This document shows positions 16,340 to 25,040 of a stretch of 32,000 bases of DNA, in pieces; position 1 is the stretch's first letter, and each line of letters opens with the position of its first letter. The translations under genes were made by a program, and so were the position numbers. This DNA comes from Halomicrobium mukohataei DSM 12286 (GTDB taxonomy: Archaea; Halobacteriota; Halobacteria; Halobacteriales; Haloarculaceae), in assembly GCF_000023965.1 (NCBI RefSeq), contig NC_013202.1:2100001-2132000 (forward strand), in the 5' to 3' direction. Under the pieces are notes generated by a model that worked only from the letters and a program-made list of their open reading frames with translations, searched no databases and was not told the DNA's origin.

Positions 16340-16837
16340 TCAGCGTACATCACCGACTGAGAATCGCACCAGATCAAGGAGACTCCGAGCAAGGAGGAGA
16401 AATCCGAGAACGCTGCCAGCAACGAGCGCAACCAGCGGGGCAAGCATCACACCGCTCGCATCAGCGATAGTGATGACGTACACGCTCCCGATCACCCACC
16501 AGAGCGTGTAGCCGGCGAGTCCGCCGAGGACGAGTGATGCTCCAATCCGCGGAAGGCTCGTATCGTCAGGTTGGGTCCGGTTATCGGAGCCGACATATGA
16601 CGACGCAAGTCGCACGCCGTGTCGTCCCACACGAGCGAGTACTGACACTGCGAGAAGTCCCGGAACGAGGAGTGTCGCTGGGATAAATATGGGGTTGGCA
16701 ATCACCGCGACGATTCCGTCGTCGAACATGAACCCGGGCTCAGCCACCCAAACGGCAGCGAGTATCACCGTCAGTACGGCGAGCATCGGCTCGACAGTTC
16801 TCCTGCGAACCGACGACGAGAACGGGGCCCACATCAT
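16340..16837 (-). CDS. hypothetical polytopic membrane protein (165 aa, about 4 TM) in the low-GC islet
   Basis: It has an ATG-ATG start at 16832-16837 and hydrophobic helices (MLAVLTVILAAVWV, IFIPATLLVPGLLAVSVLA, LVLGGLAGYTLWWVIGSVYVI, LAPLVALVAGSVLGFLLLA). GC is lower than in the flanks. Confidence 0.6.
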   Translation of the reverse strand: MMWAPFSSSVRRRTVEPMLAVLTVILAAVWVAEPGFMFDDGIVAVIANPIFIPATLLVPGLLAVSVLARVGRHGVRLASSYVGSDNRTQPDDTSLPRIGASLVLGGLAGYTLWWVIGSVYVITIADASGVMLAPLVALVAGSVLGFLLLARSLLDLVRFSVGDVR

Positions 16838-17001
16838 TCGTTCACCCCACAGATGTCTTTGAAACGATCAAAAAGCCGTGATCGGTGGGTATTCTCCACA
16901 GCGTCCAGAATCTCTGTCCTTCGAGTTTGCCGGTTCTGTGATTGATTGCTTGTCGTTTCCATAGCGTGTCGTTCCCACGGCTCTACGATAGACGTGGCTA
17001 C

Positions 17002-17023
17002 TACTCAAACGCTCATTTGAGTA
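17002..17023. promoter_or_regulatory. perfect 8-bp inverted repeat TACTCAAA-N6-TTTGAGTA, candidate operator
   Basis: It lies 39-60 nt upstream of the ATG at 17062, inside the 224-bp divergent intergenic region between 16837 (-) and 17062 (+). Confidence 0.45.
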
Positions 17024-17061
17024 CCCATGGGTTTCTTGCCAGATTACCTACAACGCCCGGT

Positions 17062-18174
17062 ATGGATCTCGCCGGTCGGATCGTCCGTCGGTTTCGGGGT
17101 GACCCCGACGAGCCGGTGATCGCTGGTATCGAAGACGAAGATGCTGATCAACTGTTCGATGCGCTTAGCTCCGAGATGTCGCGGGCGGTGTTAGCAGCGT
17201 GCTACGATGACGGACGGACTCGATCGGAGCTGGCGGATGATCTAGAAACGAGCATCCAAAACATCAGCTATCACGTCGACAAGCTCGAATCTGCTGGGTT
17301 ACTTGAACCAGTCGAAACACGGTATGGAGCGAACGGCAGCGAGGTTCTCGTCTACGAACCATCGAAACAGGCAGTTGTTATCGCGGCGGGAGAGACTACT
17401 TTCGTCGATCGGCTCTCTGAGGCGATCGATACGTTGTTCGCACCGGTCGCCCTTGCTGGGCTTCTAGCAATAGTTGTGGGCGTACTTGTCCGCGGTCCTG
17501 CACCAGTTGGAATGATGGGTGGTGGACCAATGAATGAGACCACAGGAACACAAGTAGGGCTCGTAGCTGCCAGTGTCACGTTCGTTTCTTGCCTACTCAT
17601 CATATCTTTGATGGAGAAAAAAGGTGCGTTCAATAGTGGCAAAACAGACGGTTCCCGCCGAGAGGGTTTGATGAGTGTTTTGTTCGGACGGAGCGTCACC
17701 AGAACCCGACAAGATGCTATGCTGATCACAGCTCTCGTGTTCGTGACGTTTCTGGCGCTCGACTTGGTTGCTACCGGTGCTGGACACCAATTGACCGTGG
17801 CAGCATCGATCACGATTCAACTGGCAATTCCCGGGGGGATCGTGCTAGCTACCGTGCTAGCATACTCTAACGACGGCTTATTGATGAGTTGGGGGGCTTC
17901 AAGTGCACCTATCGTTGGTATCTGGGCCTATCTCGTCGCTGGCGTTCTCACAAGCGGTGGTTTTGCACCTATCTTGATCGCACTCGGGCCGGTTGTAGTT
18001 ACGCTGGTTGCTGCACCAGTAGGATCGATCGCTTATCTCGGCGGTCGAATAACTGCCAAACATTTCCGAGGCCGGAACATTGAATCCCTTTCGAGACGGG
18101 CCATTGGGCTCTTCGTAGCACATCTGATCACGGCTGGTGCGATTGTAGCCGGTTGGGCTCTCGTACTTAGGTAG
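17062..18174 (+). CDS. winged-HTH (ArsR-like) DNA-binding domain fused to a multi-pass membrane domain
   Basis: The ATG at 17062 gives MDLAGRIVRRFRGDPDEPVIAGIEDEDADQLFDALSSEMSRAVLAACYDDGRTRSELADDLETSIQNISYHVDKLESAGLLEPV.... About 6-7 hydrophobic helices follow. Total 370 aa. GC is markedly lower (about 50% by eye around 17500-17700). Confidence 0.75.
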   Translation: MDLAGRIVRRFRGDPDEPVIAGIEDEDADQLFDALSSEMSRAVLAACYDDGRTRSELADDLETSIQNISYHVDKLESAGLLEPVETRYGANGSEVLVYEPSKQAVVIAAGETTFVDRLSEAIDTLFAPVALAGLLAIVVGVLVRGPAPVGMMGGGPMNETTGTQVGLVAASVTFVSCLLIISLMEKKGAFNSGKTDGSRREGLMSVLFGRSVTRTRQDAMLITALVFVTFLALDLVATGAGHQLTVAASITIQLAIPGGIVLATVLAYSNDGLLMSWGASSAPIVGIWAYLVAGVLTSGGFAPILIALGPVVVTLVAAPVGSIAYLGGRITAKHFRGRNIESLSRRAIGLFVAHLITAGAIVAGWALVLR

Positions 18175-18283
18175 CTATGGATTCGTTGGACTACTCACCA
18201 GGCTTCAAAACACGACGGGAAACGCGGTGCAAGTCCCGACCTGTTCCAACAGTCGGATGTCGGTGGGCTCCCCAGCCGGCGGT

Positions 18284-18616
18284 ATGCATCCGTACGTCCT
18301 GCTCGGTGGTGCGATCGTCTCCGAACTCCTCGGTACGACTGCCCTGAAGCTCTCAGACGGATTCTCACGGCCGTTGCCCAGCCTCGGGGTCGTCGTCGGC
18401 TACGGCGTCGCCTTCTACCTCGTCTCGCTGACGCTCGAAGAGTTGCCCATCGGCGTCGTCTACGGGACGTGGGCGGCACTGGGGATCGTCGGTGTCGCAG
18501 CGATCGGCGTCGTCGTCTTCGACGAGCCCATAGACCCCGTGGGGATCGTCGGGATTCTCCTCATCGTCGGCGGCGTCTACTGTGTCAACGTCCTGTCTCA
18601 GATGTCCGCCCACTGA
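18284..18616 (+). CDS. SMR-family (EmrE/QacE-like) small multidrug exporter
   Basis: The ATG at 18284 gives MHPYVLLGGAIVSELLGTTALKLSDGF...YGTWAALGIVGVAAIGVVVFDE.... It is 110 aa with 4 TM helices and the conserved membrane Glu in TM1. Confidence 0.88.
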   Translation: MHPYVLLGGAIVSELLGTTALKLSDGFSRPLPSLGVVVGYGVAFYLVSLTLEELPIGVVYGTWAALGIVGVAAIGVVVFDEPIDPVGIVGILLIVGGVYCVNVLSQMSAH

Positions 18617-18798
18617 TGGCGCGAGCCGACGGCCGGGAACAACGAACTGGAAGTGGGAGCCCGTTTCGACATCTTTTCTACGTCGTTGGCGTATCCACGG
18701 ACAGATTCGTGAGTTCGCTATGGCGCTCCACCACTGTCTGTTCGCCGACGTATCGCCGACGCACTGTCCCCGTCGACACGGTCGCCTGACCCAGAGCC

Positions 18799-20031
18799 AT
18801 GCGTGACAACTACGACGTGGTCGTCGCCGGTGCGGGCCCGGCCGGGGCCCAGTGTGCGCGAGATCTCGCCGACCGCGGGTACGACGTGGTCGTACTGGAG
18901 ACCGAGACGGCCGAGGAGTTCCCGGCCCGGAGCGACAAGTCCACGGGCGGGACGTTCGCGTCGATGATGACGGCCTTCGGGATCCCGGACGACGTGGTGA
19001 TGCACGCGACCGACGCCGTCGTACTGGAATCGCCCAACGACCACTTCGTCCGGGACCAGCCGGGTTTCGTGCTGGACTTCCCGGCGTTCAAGCAGTTCCT
19101 CGTCGACGACGGCCGGGCGAAGGGTGCCGAGTATCGGTTCGACGCTCGCGTCCGCGACCCGATCGTCGAAGACGGCTCCGTTGTCGGGGTCCGGTACAAC
19201 GGGGCGGAGACGGTCTACGGTGACATCGTCGTCGACGCGACCGGACCGGCGGCACCGCTGGCGACGGAGCTGGGCGTCGTCGATCTCGAACGCCGGAACC
19301 ACGCCATCGGCATCGAGCACCAGTTCGAGGGCGTCGAACTGGACCATCCCGACTACGCCGATCTGTCGGACGCGATGATGCTCCGGCTGGACCACGACTT
19401 CGCACCCGGCGGCTACTCGTGGATCTTCCACACCGGCGGCGACACGGCCAAAGTCGGCGTCTGCTACATCCAGAACGAGCAGTACCGGGCCCACGCGAGC
19501 GACGACCGGACCGTCGACGGCTACCTCGATCACTGGCTCGACAGCGACCCGCGCTTTGCCGACGCCAGCCGAGTCGAGTCGACCCAGGTCCGTGGCTCCG
19601 CACACGTTCAGCCGCCGGAATCGATGAGTACCGACTCGTTCGTGGCGATCGGCGACACGGTCCCCTCCGTCGATCCCGTGTGGGGCGAGGGGATCGACAA
19701 GGGAATGCGCTCGGCACGCGCGGCGGCGATGACCGCGGATCGCTGTCTCACCGGGGGCGTGGATACGTCCCGCGAAGCGATGGCGGTCTACGACGATCTC
19801 TGGCACGAACGGGTGGCTCCCAGACAGGAGCGTCGCCTGTTCATGACGCGACTGCTGTATCTCGTGCCCAACGAGCGATACGATCGGCTCATGCGGGACC
19901 TGAACGCTCTGGATCGTGAGACCCTCTCGAAGATCAACGAGGGCAGCAGACGGCAGATCCTCAGACTCCTCTCGCCGAGCGATCTCTCCTACCTCTGGCG
20001 ATACGTCCGGGAGTTCGCGCTGCCCGTCTAG
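18799..20031 (+). CDS. geranylgeranyl reductase-family FAD-dependent oxidoreductase
   Basis: 410 aa. The N-terminus (MRDNYDVVVAGAGPAGAQCARDLADRGYDVVVLE) together with GGYSWIFHTGGDTAKVGV and AIGDTVPSVDPVWGEGI is typical of the GGR family. Confidence 0.85.
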   Translation: MRDNYDVVVAGAGPAGAQCARDLADRGYDVVVLETETAEEFPARSDKSTGGTFASMMTAFGIPDDVVMHATDAVVLESPNDHFVRDQPGFVLDFPAFKQFLVDDGRAKGAEYRFDARVRDPIVEDGSVVGVRYNGAETVYGDIVVDATGPAAPLATELGVVDLERRNHAIGIEHQFEGVELDHPDYADLSDAMMLRLDHDFAPGGYSWIFHTGGDTAKVGVCYIQNEQYRAHASDDRTVDGYLDHWLDSDPRFADASRVESTQVRGSAHVQPPESMSTDSFVAIGDTVPSVDPVWGEGIDKGMRSARAAAMTADRCLTGGVDTSREAMAVYDDLWHERVAPRQERRLFMTRLLYLVPNERYDRLMRDLNALDRETLSKINEGSRRQILRLLSPSDLSYLWRYVREFALPV

Positions 20032-20064
20032 GCCACGCCGGTGGAGCGTTCGGCGCGGGTAGAA

Positions 20065-21399
20065 TCAGGCCACCGCGTCGATGGCATCCGCGAGCAGTCC
20101 GGACCCCAACTCGATCTCCCTGCGCGTCGAGTCGAGCGGCGGGAGCAGGCGCAGCGTCTTCCGACCGCAGCCAAGCGTCAACAGTCCGCGTTGCATGGCG
20201 GCCTCGATCACCGCTTCCCGTCGTTCCTTGCTGTCGAACTCGACGGCGAGCAAGAGCCCCTCGCCGCGAACGTCTTCTACGGCCGCCGACTGGGCCGTCG
20301 CGTCGCGGAACCGCTCGACGAACGCCCGCCCTCGCTCGGTCGCGTTGTCGAGCAGATCGTACTCCTCGATGGCGTCGATGGTGAGCGCGCCCTGGGCGCA
20401 CGCGAGCACGTCTCCAGCTCCCCACGTCGAAGAGAGTCGCCCCTTCTCGTCGGGGAACACGTCCGCGCTGGCGATGGTCGCGCCGACACGGAGCGCCTTC
20501 GCGCTGGCGATCACGTCCGGATCGAACGGGTAGTGATCCGAGCCCCACCACTCGCCAGTGCGCCCCAGACCGGTCTGGACCTCGTCGACGACGATCGGTA
20601 CGCCGTGTCGCTCGGCGATGTCGGCGATCTCCGTCGCGAAGGCGTCGCTGGGAAACCGGTACCCTCCCTCGCCCTGGATCGGCTCGAAGATGATGTAGGA
20701 CACGTCGTCGGGGTCGACGTGGCCGGTCTTGGGGTCGAGCATCCGTCCCAGCACCGAGCCGTCGCCCGTGAAGAAGCCACAGTCACAGCTCTCGGGCGTG
20801 CAGTGGCGGTCGTCACAGAAGGGGGCGTCGTGGACCGTCGCGATCTCGGGGAACTGTCTGCGGTACACCGCCTTCGAGCGGTTGAGCGAGAGCGCCCCCA
20901 GCGTTCGGCCGTGGAAGGCACCTTCGAAGGTGATCGCGTACTTGCCCCGGCGGTGGTCGTAGCTGATCTTGATGGCGTTCTCGACCGCCTCGGCACCGCT
21001 GTTCGAGAGGAAGACGGTGTCCATCCCGTAGTGACTGGAGATGTCCGTCAGGCGATCCATCAGCCCGGCCGCGCCGGGGAGATCCGAGCCGGTGCCGGTC
21101 GCGTAGAAGTCCTGTCCCGCGATCTTCGTGGGCTCGACGAGGTCGAACGCCGACAGCGGATCGAGGACTTTGGGGTTGTTGTAGCCCAGTGGCATCGCGC
21201 CGACGTGGCCGGTCCAGTCCATCAGGACGTTGCCGTCCACGTCGGTACAGAAGGGACCGATCGCCGGTGCGTCGCGGTCCCAGACGAACTCGTAGACGTA
21301 GGTGCTGGGGGCTGCGTGCTCGTGGTGGTACTCGACCCACTCGCTTGCGCGTTCGCCGGGGAGGTCCCCGACCGTCGGTTCGACGCTGTCACGATCCAT
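20065..21399 (-). CDS. class-III (acetylornithine/GABA-type) PLP-dependent aminotransferase
   Basis: 444 aa with LSNSGAEAVENAIK, FEGAFHGRT, EPIQGEGGY and VDEVQTGLGRTG motifs. Confidence 0.9.
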   Translation of the reverse strand: MDRDSVEPTVGDLPGERASEWVEYHHEHAAPSTYVYEFVWDRDAPAIGPFCTDVDGNVLMDWTGHVGAMPLGYNNPKVLDPLSAFDLVEPTKIAGQDFYATGTGSDLPGAAGLMDRLTDISSHYGMDTVFLSNSGAEAVENAIKISYDHRRGKYAITFEGAFHGRTLGALSLNRSKAVYRRQFPEIATVHDAPFCDDRHCTPESCDCGFFTGDGSVLGRMLDPKTGHVDPDDVSYIIFEPIQGEGGYRFPSDAFATEIADIAERHGVPIVVDEVQTGLGRTGEWWGSDHYPFDPDVIASAKALRVGATIASADVFPDEKGRLSSTWGAGDVLACAQGALTIDAIEEYDLLDNATERGRAFVERFRDATAQSAAVEDVRGEGLLLAVEFDSKERREAVIEAAMQRGLLTLGCGRKTLRLLPPLDSTRREIELGSGLLADAIDAVA

Positions 21400-21469
21400 G
21401 CTACCGAACTACACCTCCACTCGTAATAAAAGGCCCCGCCGGATGGGTGCCACCCGACTGACGGCCGTC

Positions 21470-22738
21470 TCAGAGGATCACCGCGAGCGTCACTGCGGTC
21501 GCGCCGGCCAGCAGCGCGAGGCTCCAGAGCGCCACTCTGACCGCGAAGCGACGGTCCGGACTCGCGATCGTCAGGCCGGCTTTCACCGCGATGCTCGCGG
21601 CCGTCGCCAGCAAGATGGCGATCGTCGCGGTGTTCGAGTCGACGGCACCGCCCCGATAGAGCAACACCGCCGAGGTGGTGCCCGCGCCGCTGGAGACCAG
21701 CCCCGACAGCAGCGCGGTCAGGTACAGTCCGCCGGTACCGAACTGGGCTCTCGCGACCGTGCTCGCCACCAGAACGACGAGGAAGATCCCGCCGAACACG
21801 AGCGCGTTGCGGAGCGAGAACGGACTGTCGAGTTCCATCTCGACCGACTCCGTCCAGTCGGCGGTGTAGGCCGCGACGGCGACACTCCCGATCGCGACGG
21901 CACCGAGCGGGACGATCGACTGATAGAGGATCCCCCGCTCGAACGTGAACGCGATCGCGATGACGAGATTCCGCAGCGCCATGGCGGCGTCGGCCAGCAG
22001 GATCGCCGCCAGGGCGTAGCTCGCGGCGGCCGGCCGCTGGCGGACGTGATCGAGCATGGTCCCGACGACGGCCGTCGAGGAGGCCAGCCCGCCGAAAAAA
22101 CCGGTCACCGCGATGCCCCGTCCGCCGTAGGTCTGGACGATCGCGTAGTTCGCGATGCCGATGCCCGCGACGGTGACGACGAGCAGCCACGCGACGCGCA
22201 ACTCCAGTTCCAGGGAGAGCTCCCCGACCGAGACCGGGACCGGAGCGGCGGGCAACAGCGGGTAGACCACGAACGCGAGGATCGCGAACTCCGTCGCAGA
22301 GCGCAACTCGGCGCGGCTGAGACCCCAGGCGAAGCTGTGGAGTTCGCGTTTGAGCACCAGCAAGAGCGACGAGAGAATCGCGACGGTCACGCCTTCGAGG
22401 ATGTACGACTGCATCACGAGCGCGCCGACGCCGTAGGCGACCAGCATCGAGACGGAGGTCGTCAGGGACAGCCCCGCCGCCTCGTCCCTGAACCCCTCCG
22501 CCGCCAGCAACACGCCCTGGACGATGACGAGCAGGCCGCCGACCACGAGCAGGCTGTCGGCCTCGACGAGCGTGAAGACGGCACCGAGCAGGCTGAGGAG
22601 GGCGAACGTGCGGATCCCGGCGGACTTCTGGGACCACTCCCGTTCGATGCCCAGGAACATCCCGAGGGCCGCCGCGAGGACGATGCGCCCCACCTCGTCG
22701 CCGACCGGACTCAGTCCGAGTGTCGTCAGCGCGATCAC
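21470..22738 (-). CDS. MgtC/SapB-family membrane protein with DUF4010-like C-terminal half
   Basis: An in-frame GTG at 22736-22738 gives VIALTTLGLSPVGDEVGRIVLAAALGMFLGIEREWSQKSAGIRTFALLSLLGA.... It is about 422 aa and highly hydrophobic. The upstream 122 aa of the 544-aa ORF overlap the divergent gene and promoter and are rejected. A TTTAT box lies about 25-30 nt upstream of the GTG, which suggests a leaderless mRNA. Confidence 0.8.
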   Translation of the reverse strand: MIALTTLGLSPVGDEVGRIVLAAALGMFLGIEREWSQKSAGIRTFALLSLLGAVFTLVEADSLLVVGGLLVIVQGVLLAAEGFRDEAAGLSLTTSVSMLVAYGVGALVMQSYILEGVTVAILSSLLLVLKRELHSFAWGLSRAELRSATEFAILAFVVYPLLPAAPVPVSVGELSLELELRVAWLLVVTVAGIGIANYAIVQTYGGRGIAVTGFFGGLASSTAVVGTMLDHVRQRPAAASYALAAILLADAAMALRNLVIAIAFTFERGILYQSIVPLGAVAIGSVAVAAYTADWTESVEMELDSPFSLRNALVFGGIFLVVLVASTVARAQFGTGGLYLTALLSGLVSSGAGTTSAVLLYRGGAVDSNTATIAILLATAASIAVKAGLTIASPDRRFAVRVALWSLALLAGATAVTLAVIL

Positions 22739-22773
22739 GGGTACCGCATCACGCGCCTGGCATAAATCTCCGC

Positions 22774-22798
22774 GGTCGGTCCGTGTTCCGGACCGACC
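22774..22798. promoter_or_regulatory. 10-bp perfect inverted repeat GGTCGGTCCG-tgttc-CGGACCGACC between divergent promoters
   Basis: It is located between the TTTAT box of the MgtC-family gene (around 22762-22767) and the T7 tract (22805-22811) about 24-30 nt upstream of the AI-2E ATG. Confidence 0.4.
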
Positions 22799-22834
22799 CC
22801 GACCTTTTTTTCGGGGTCCATCGAAAACGGTGCT

Positions 22835-24016
22835 ATGGTCGAGTTCGAGTTCGATGTCGACTGGCCACGAACTGCGTGGGTCGCCCTGGGGTTCGTGCTC
22901 GCCGCCGCCCTCGTCTTCGTCGCCTATCGCTTCGTCGGGACCTTCGTCTTCGGACTGTTCGTCTACTACGCGACCCGGCGGCTCTACCGCCGGGTCCGGC
23001 GACGGATCGAACAGCCGTCGGTCGCCGCGGGCGTCTCGCTGGTCGGGATGGTGCTTCCGGCGCTCCTGTTGCTGGCCTACACGCTCGGGATCGCCCTCCA
23101 GCAACTGAGTCGCTTCGCCGACGAGATCGACGGTGCCGGGTCCGGGAGCCAGATCGAGGACCTGCTGGCGATGGCCGATCCGTACCTGAACCTGACGGTG
23201 TTGAGCGATCCGACGGCGCTGCTGGACAACCTCGGCGGCGTCGGGACGATCACGACGACGCTCGAATCGGCGCTTGGCTACCTCGGAGTCGTCGGCACGG
23301 GACTCTTACACCTGTTCGTGATGCTCGCGCTCGCGTTCTACCTGCTCCGGGACGACCGCCGGTTCGCGGGCTGGGCCGGCCACCTGACGGCAGAGCGCAC
23401 CGTCTTCGAGGAGTTCGTCGCTGCCGTCGACGAGAGCTTCGACAAGGTGTTCTACGGGAACATCCTGAACGCGATGATCACGGGGCTGGTCGGTGGCATC
23501 GTGTACACGCTGCTCAACCAGATCGCGCCCGCGTCGGTCGCCATTCCGTACGCGGCACTGGTCGGCGTGCTCGCCGGTGGGGCGAGCCTGATCCCCATCG
23601 TCGGCATGAAACTGGTCTACGTTCCGATGGCGGCCTATCTCGCCGTCCTGGCGGGGACCAGCGGCGAAGGGTGGTGGTTCGTCGTCGCCTTCGCCGCGGT
23701 CAGTTTCGTCGTCGTCGACGTGATTCCGGACCTCCTCGTGCGGCCCTACGTCTCGGGCGGGGAACTCCACACCGGTGCGCTGATGTTCGCCTACATCCTC
23801 GGGCCGCTCATCTGGGGATGGTACGGCATCTTCCTCGGTCCGATCGTGCTGGTGTTGGTCACGCACTTCGCACGGATCGTCCTGCCGGAGCTGGTGACCG
23901 ACGAACCGATTCGCGCCAGAGAAGTCGATCCGGCCGCGTTGACCGGCGACACCGACGGCGCGGACGCCGTCGGCGGCGAGAGAGACGGCGACGAGGGCAC
24001 ACCAAGCGGGGCCTGA
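22835..24016 (+). CDS. AI-2E family transporter (PerM/UPF0118)
   Basis: 393 aa and polytopic, with GNILNAMITGLVGGIVYTLL, GGASLIPIVG and YILGPLIWGWYGIFLGPIVLV, which are typical of the AI-2E family. Confidence 0.88.
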   Translation: MVEFEFDVDWPRTAWVALGFVLAAALVFVAYRFVGTFVFGLFVYYATRRLYRRVRRRIEQPSVAAGVSLVGMVLPALLLLAYTLGIALQQLSRFADEIDGAGSGSQIEDLLAMADPYLNLTVLSDPTALLDNLGGVGTITTTLESALGYLGVVGTGLLHLFVMLALAFYLLRDDRRFAGWAGHLTAERTVFEEFVAAVDESFDKVFYGNILNAMITGLVGGIVYTLLNQIAPASVAIPYAALVGVLAGGASLIPIVGMKLVYVPMAAYLAVLAGTSGEGWWFVVAFAAVSFVVVDVIPDLLVRPYVSGGELHTGALMFAYILGPLIWGWYGIFLGPIVLVLVTHFARIVLPELVTDEPIRAREVDPAALTGDTDGADAVGGERDGDEGTPSGA

Positions 24017-24098
24017 CACTGTCGAGACTCGTCGGTGACACACTCCTCGTCCGAGATAGTCTGCCGGGTGCTACAGTGACAGACAGCAGTCAGCGTCG

Positions 24099-24377
24099 CT
24101 ACGTTACGTCCACGTACTCGTCTTCCCAGTCTCGGCGTGCCTCGATCTCTCGTCGGCCGCGCCGCGTGAGACTGTAGTAGTTCGTCCTGCGGTCGCGCTG
24201 GCCTTTCTCCACCAATCCCTTGTCGACGAGCGTATCGAGATTCGGATACAGCCTCCCGTGGTGAATCTCCTTCTCGTAGTAATCTTCGAGCTCCTCCTTG
24301 ATCGCCAGTCCGTGTGGCTCCTCTTTCCCGGCGATGACGTACAGGAGGTCTCGCTGGAATCCTGTCAGGTCGTACAT
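24099..24377 (-). CDS. PadR-family transcriptional regulator
   Basis: 92 aa (MYDLTGFQRDLLYVIAGKEEPHGLAIKEELEDYYEKEIHHGRLYPNLDTLVDKGLVEKGQRDRRTNYYSLTRRGRREI), the PadR wHTH signature. An AT-rich TATA-like region lies just upstream (24378-24425). Confidence 0.88.
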   Translation of the reverse strand: MYDLTGFQRDLLYVIAGKEEPHGLAIKEELEDYYEKEIHHGRLYPNLDTLVDKGLVEKGQRDRRTNYYSLTRRGRREIEARRDWEDEYVDVT

Positions 24378-24548
24378 CGGTAAAGTCTATCACGTATTTA
24401 TTGTCGGAATCTAATAAGTATATCGGATCCGACTCGACGCTTCCGCTTCGCTTCGAAATCACGCGCTCGTGGCGACCTCTCGCCAGATCCGCCGGTGTCA
24501 GCTGAGTGCGAAGGAATAGTTGTTGCACTGACGGTATCGCGATCTGTC

Positions 24549-24567
24549 GACGTATCTCAGATACGTC
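24549..24567. promoter_or_regulatory. perfect 19-bp palindrome GACGTATCT-C-AGATACGTC
   Basis: Read directly from the sequence. It lies in the 460-bp gene-free region about 170-190 bp upstream of the PadR start. Confidence 0.4.
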
Positions 24568-24673
24568 ATACCTCGGTGCTGAACGGCGGCGTTCGCGGTG
24601 CAGTCGCTCGACCGGCTCGCGTCTGTTCCCGAGCGACGGCGTCGCGACTACCGAGTTTCGAAACGAAAGTGGA

Positions 24674-24757
24674 AAGCGAATCAGGCGGAAGGCCCGATTC
24701 GCTTGCCGCCCTGAATTGGTCCCCGCTGACGCTTCGGCCCTCCAAAGCGAAGCGTCA
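24674..24757. other. two adjacent stem-loops (9-bp and 10-bp stems) in the gene-free region
   Basis: The first is AAGCGAATC 24674-24682 / GATTCGCTT 24696-24704 with a 13-nt loop. The second is TGACGCTTCG 24727-24736 / CGAAGCGTCA 24748-24757 with an 11-nt loop. Both loops contain GGCCC. Confidence 0.5.
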
Positions 24758-24835
24758 CTTGGTCGTGGGTCGTTGAGTAACTTAAAGCTGTCGCCAGCAG
24801 CCAGATCAGGTCGCTGCAGTGACCACTATCGCGAG

Positions 24836-24982
24836 CTACATGTGCTCTTCTTCGAGGACCCACCCCAGTGCGCGCCGATAGTGTGTCAGCATCATCCGCA
24901 CGCGATCGTGGTTCATCTCCTCGCTGTCCAGCTGTTCACAGAGGAACTCGTACTGCTCTCTGATCTCTGCTTGCTCGCGCAT
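24836..24982 (-). CDS. candidate micro-protein (48 aa)
   Basis: The ATG at 24980-24982 gives MREQAEIREQYEFLCEQLDSEEMNHDRVRMMLTHYRRALGWVLEEEHM. The longer 77-aa version would overlap the divergent zinc-ribbon gene start. No homology was recognised. Confidence 0.4.
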   Translation of the reverse strand: MREQAEIREQYEFLCEQLDSEEMNHDRVRMMLTHYRRALGWVLEEEHM

Positions 24983-25040
24983 ACCGATCGTTCGACCCGG
25001 CGACGGAAGGAACTTGAGGCTGCCACGCCGACAGTGAGCC

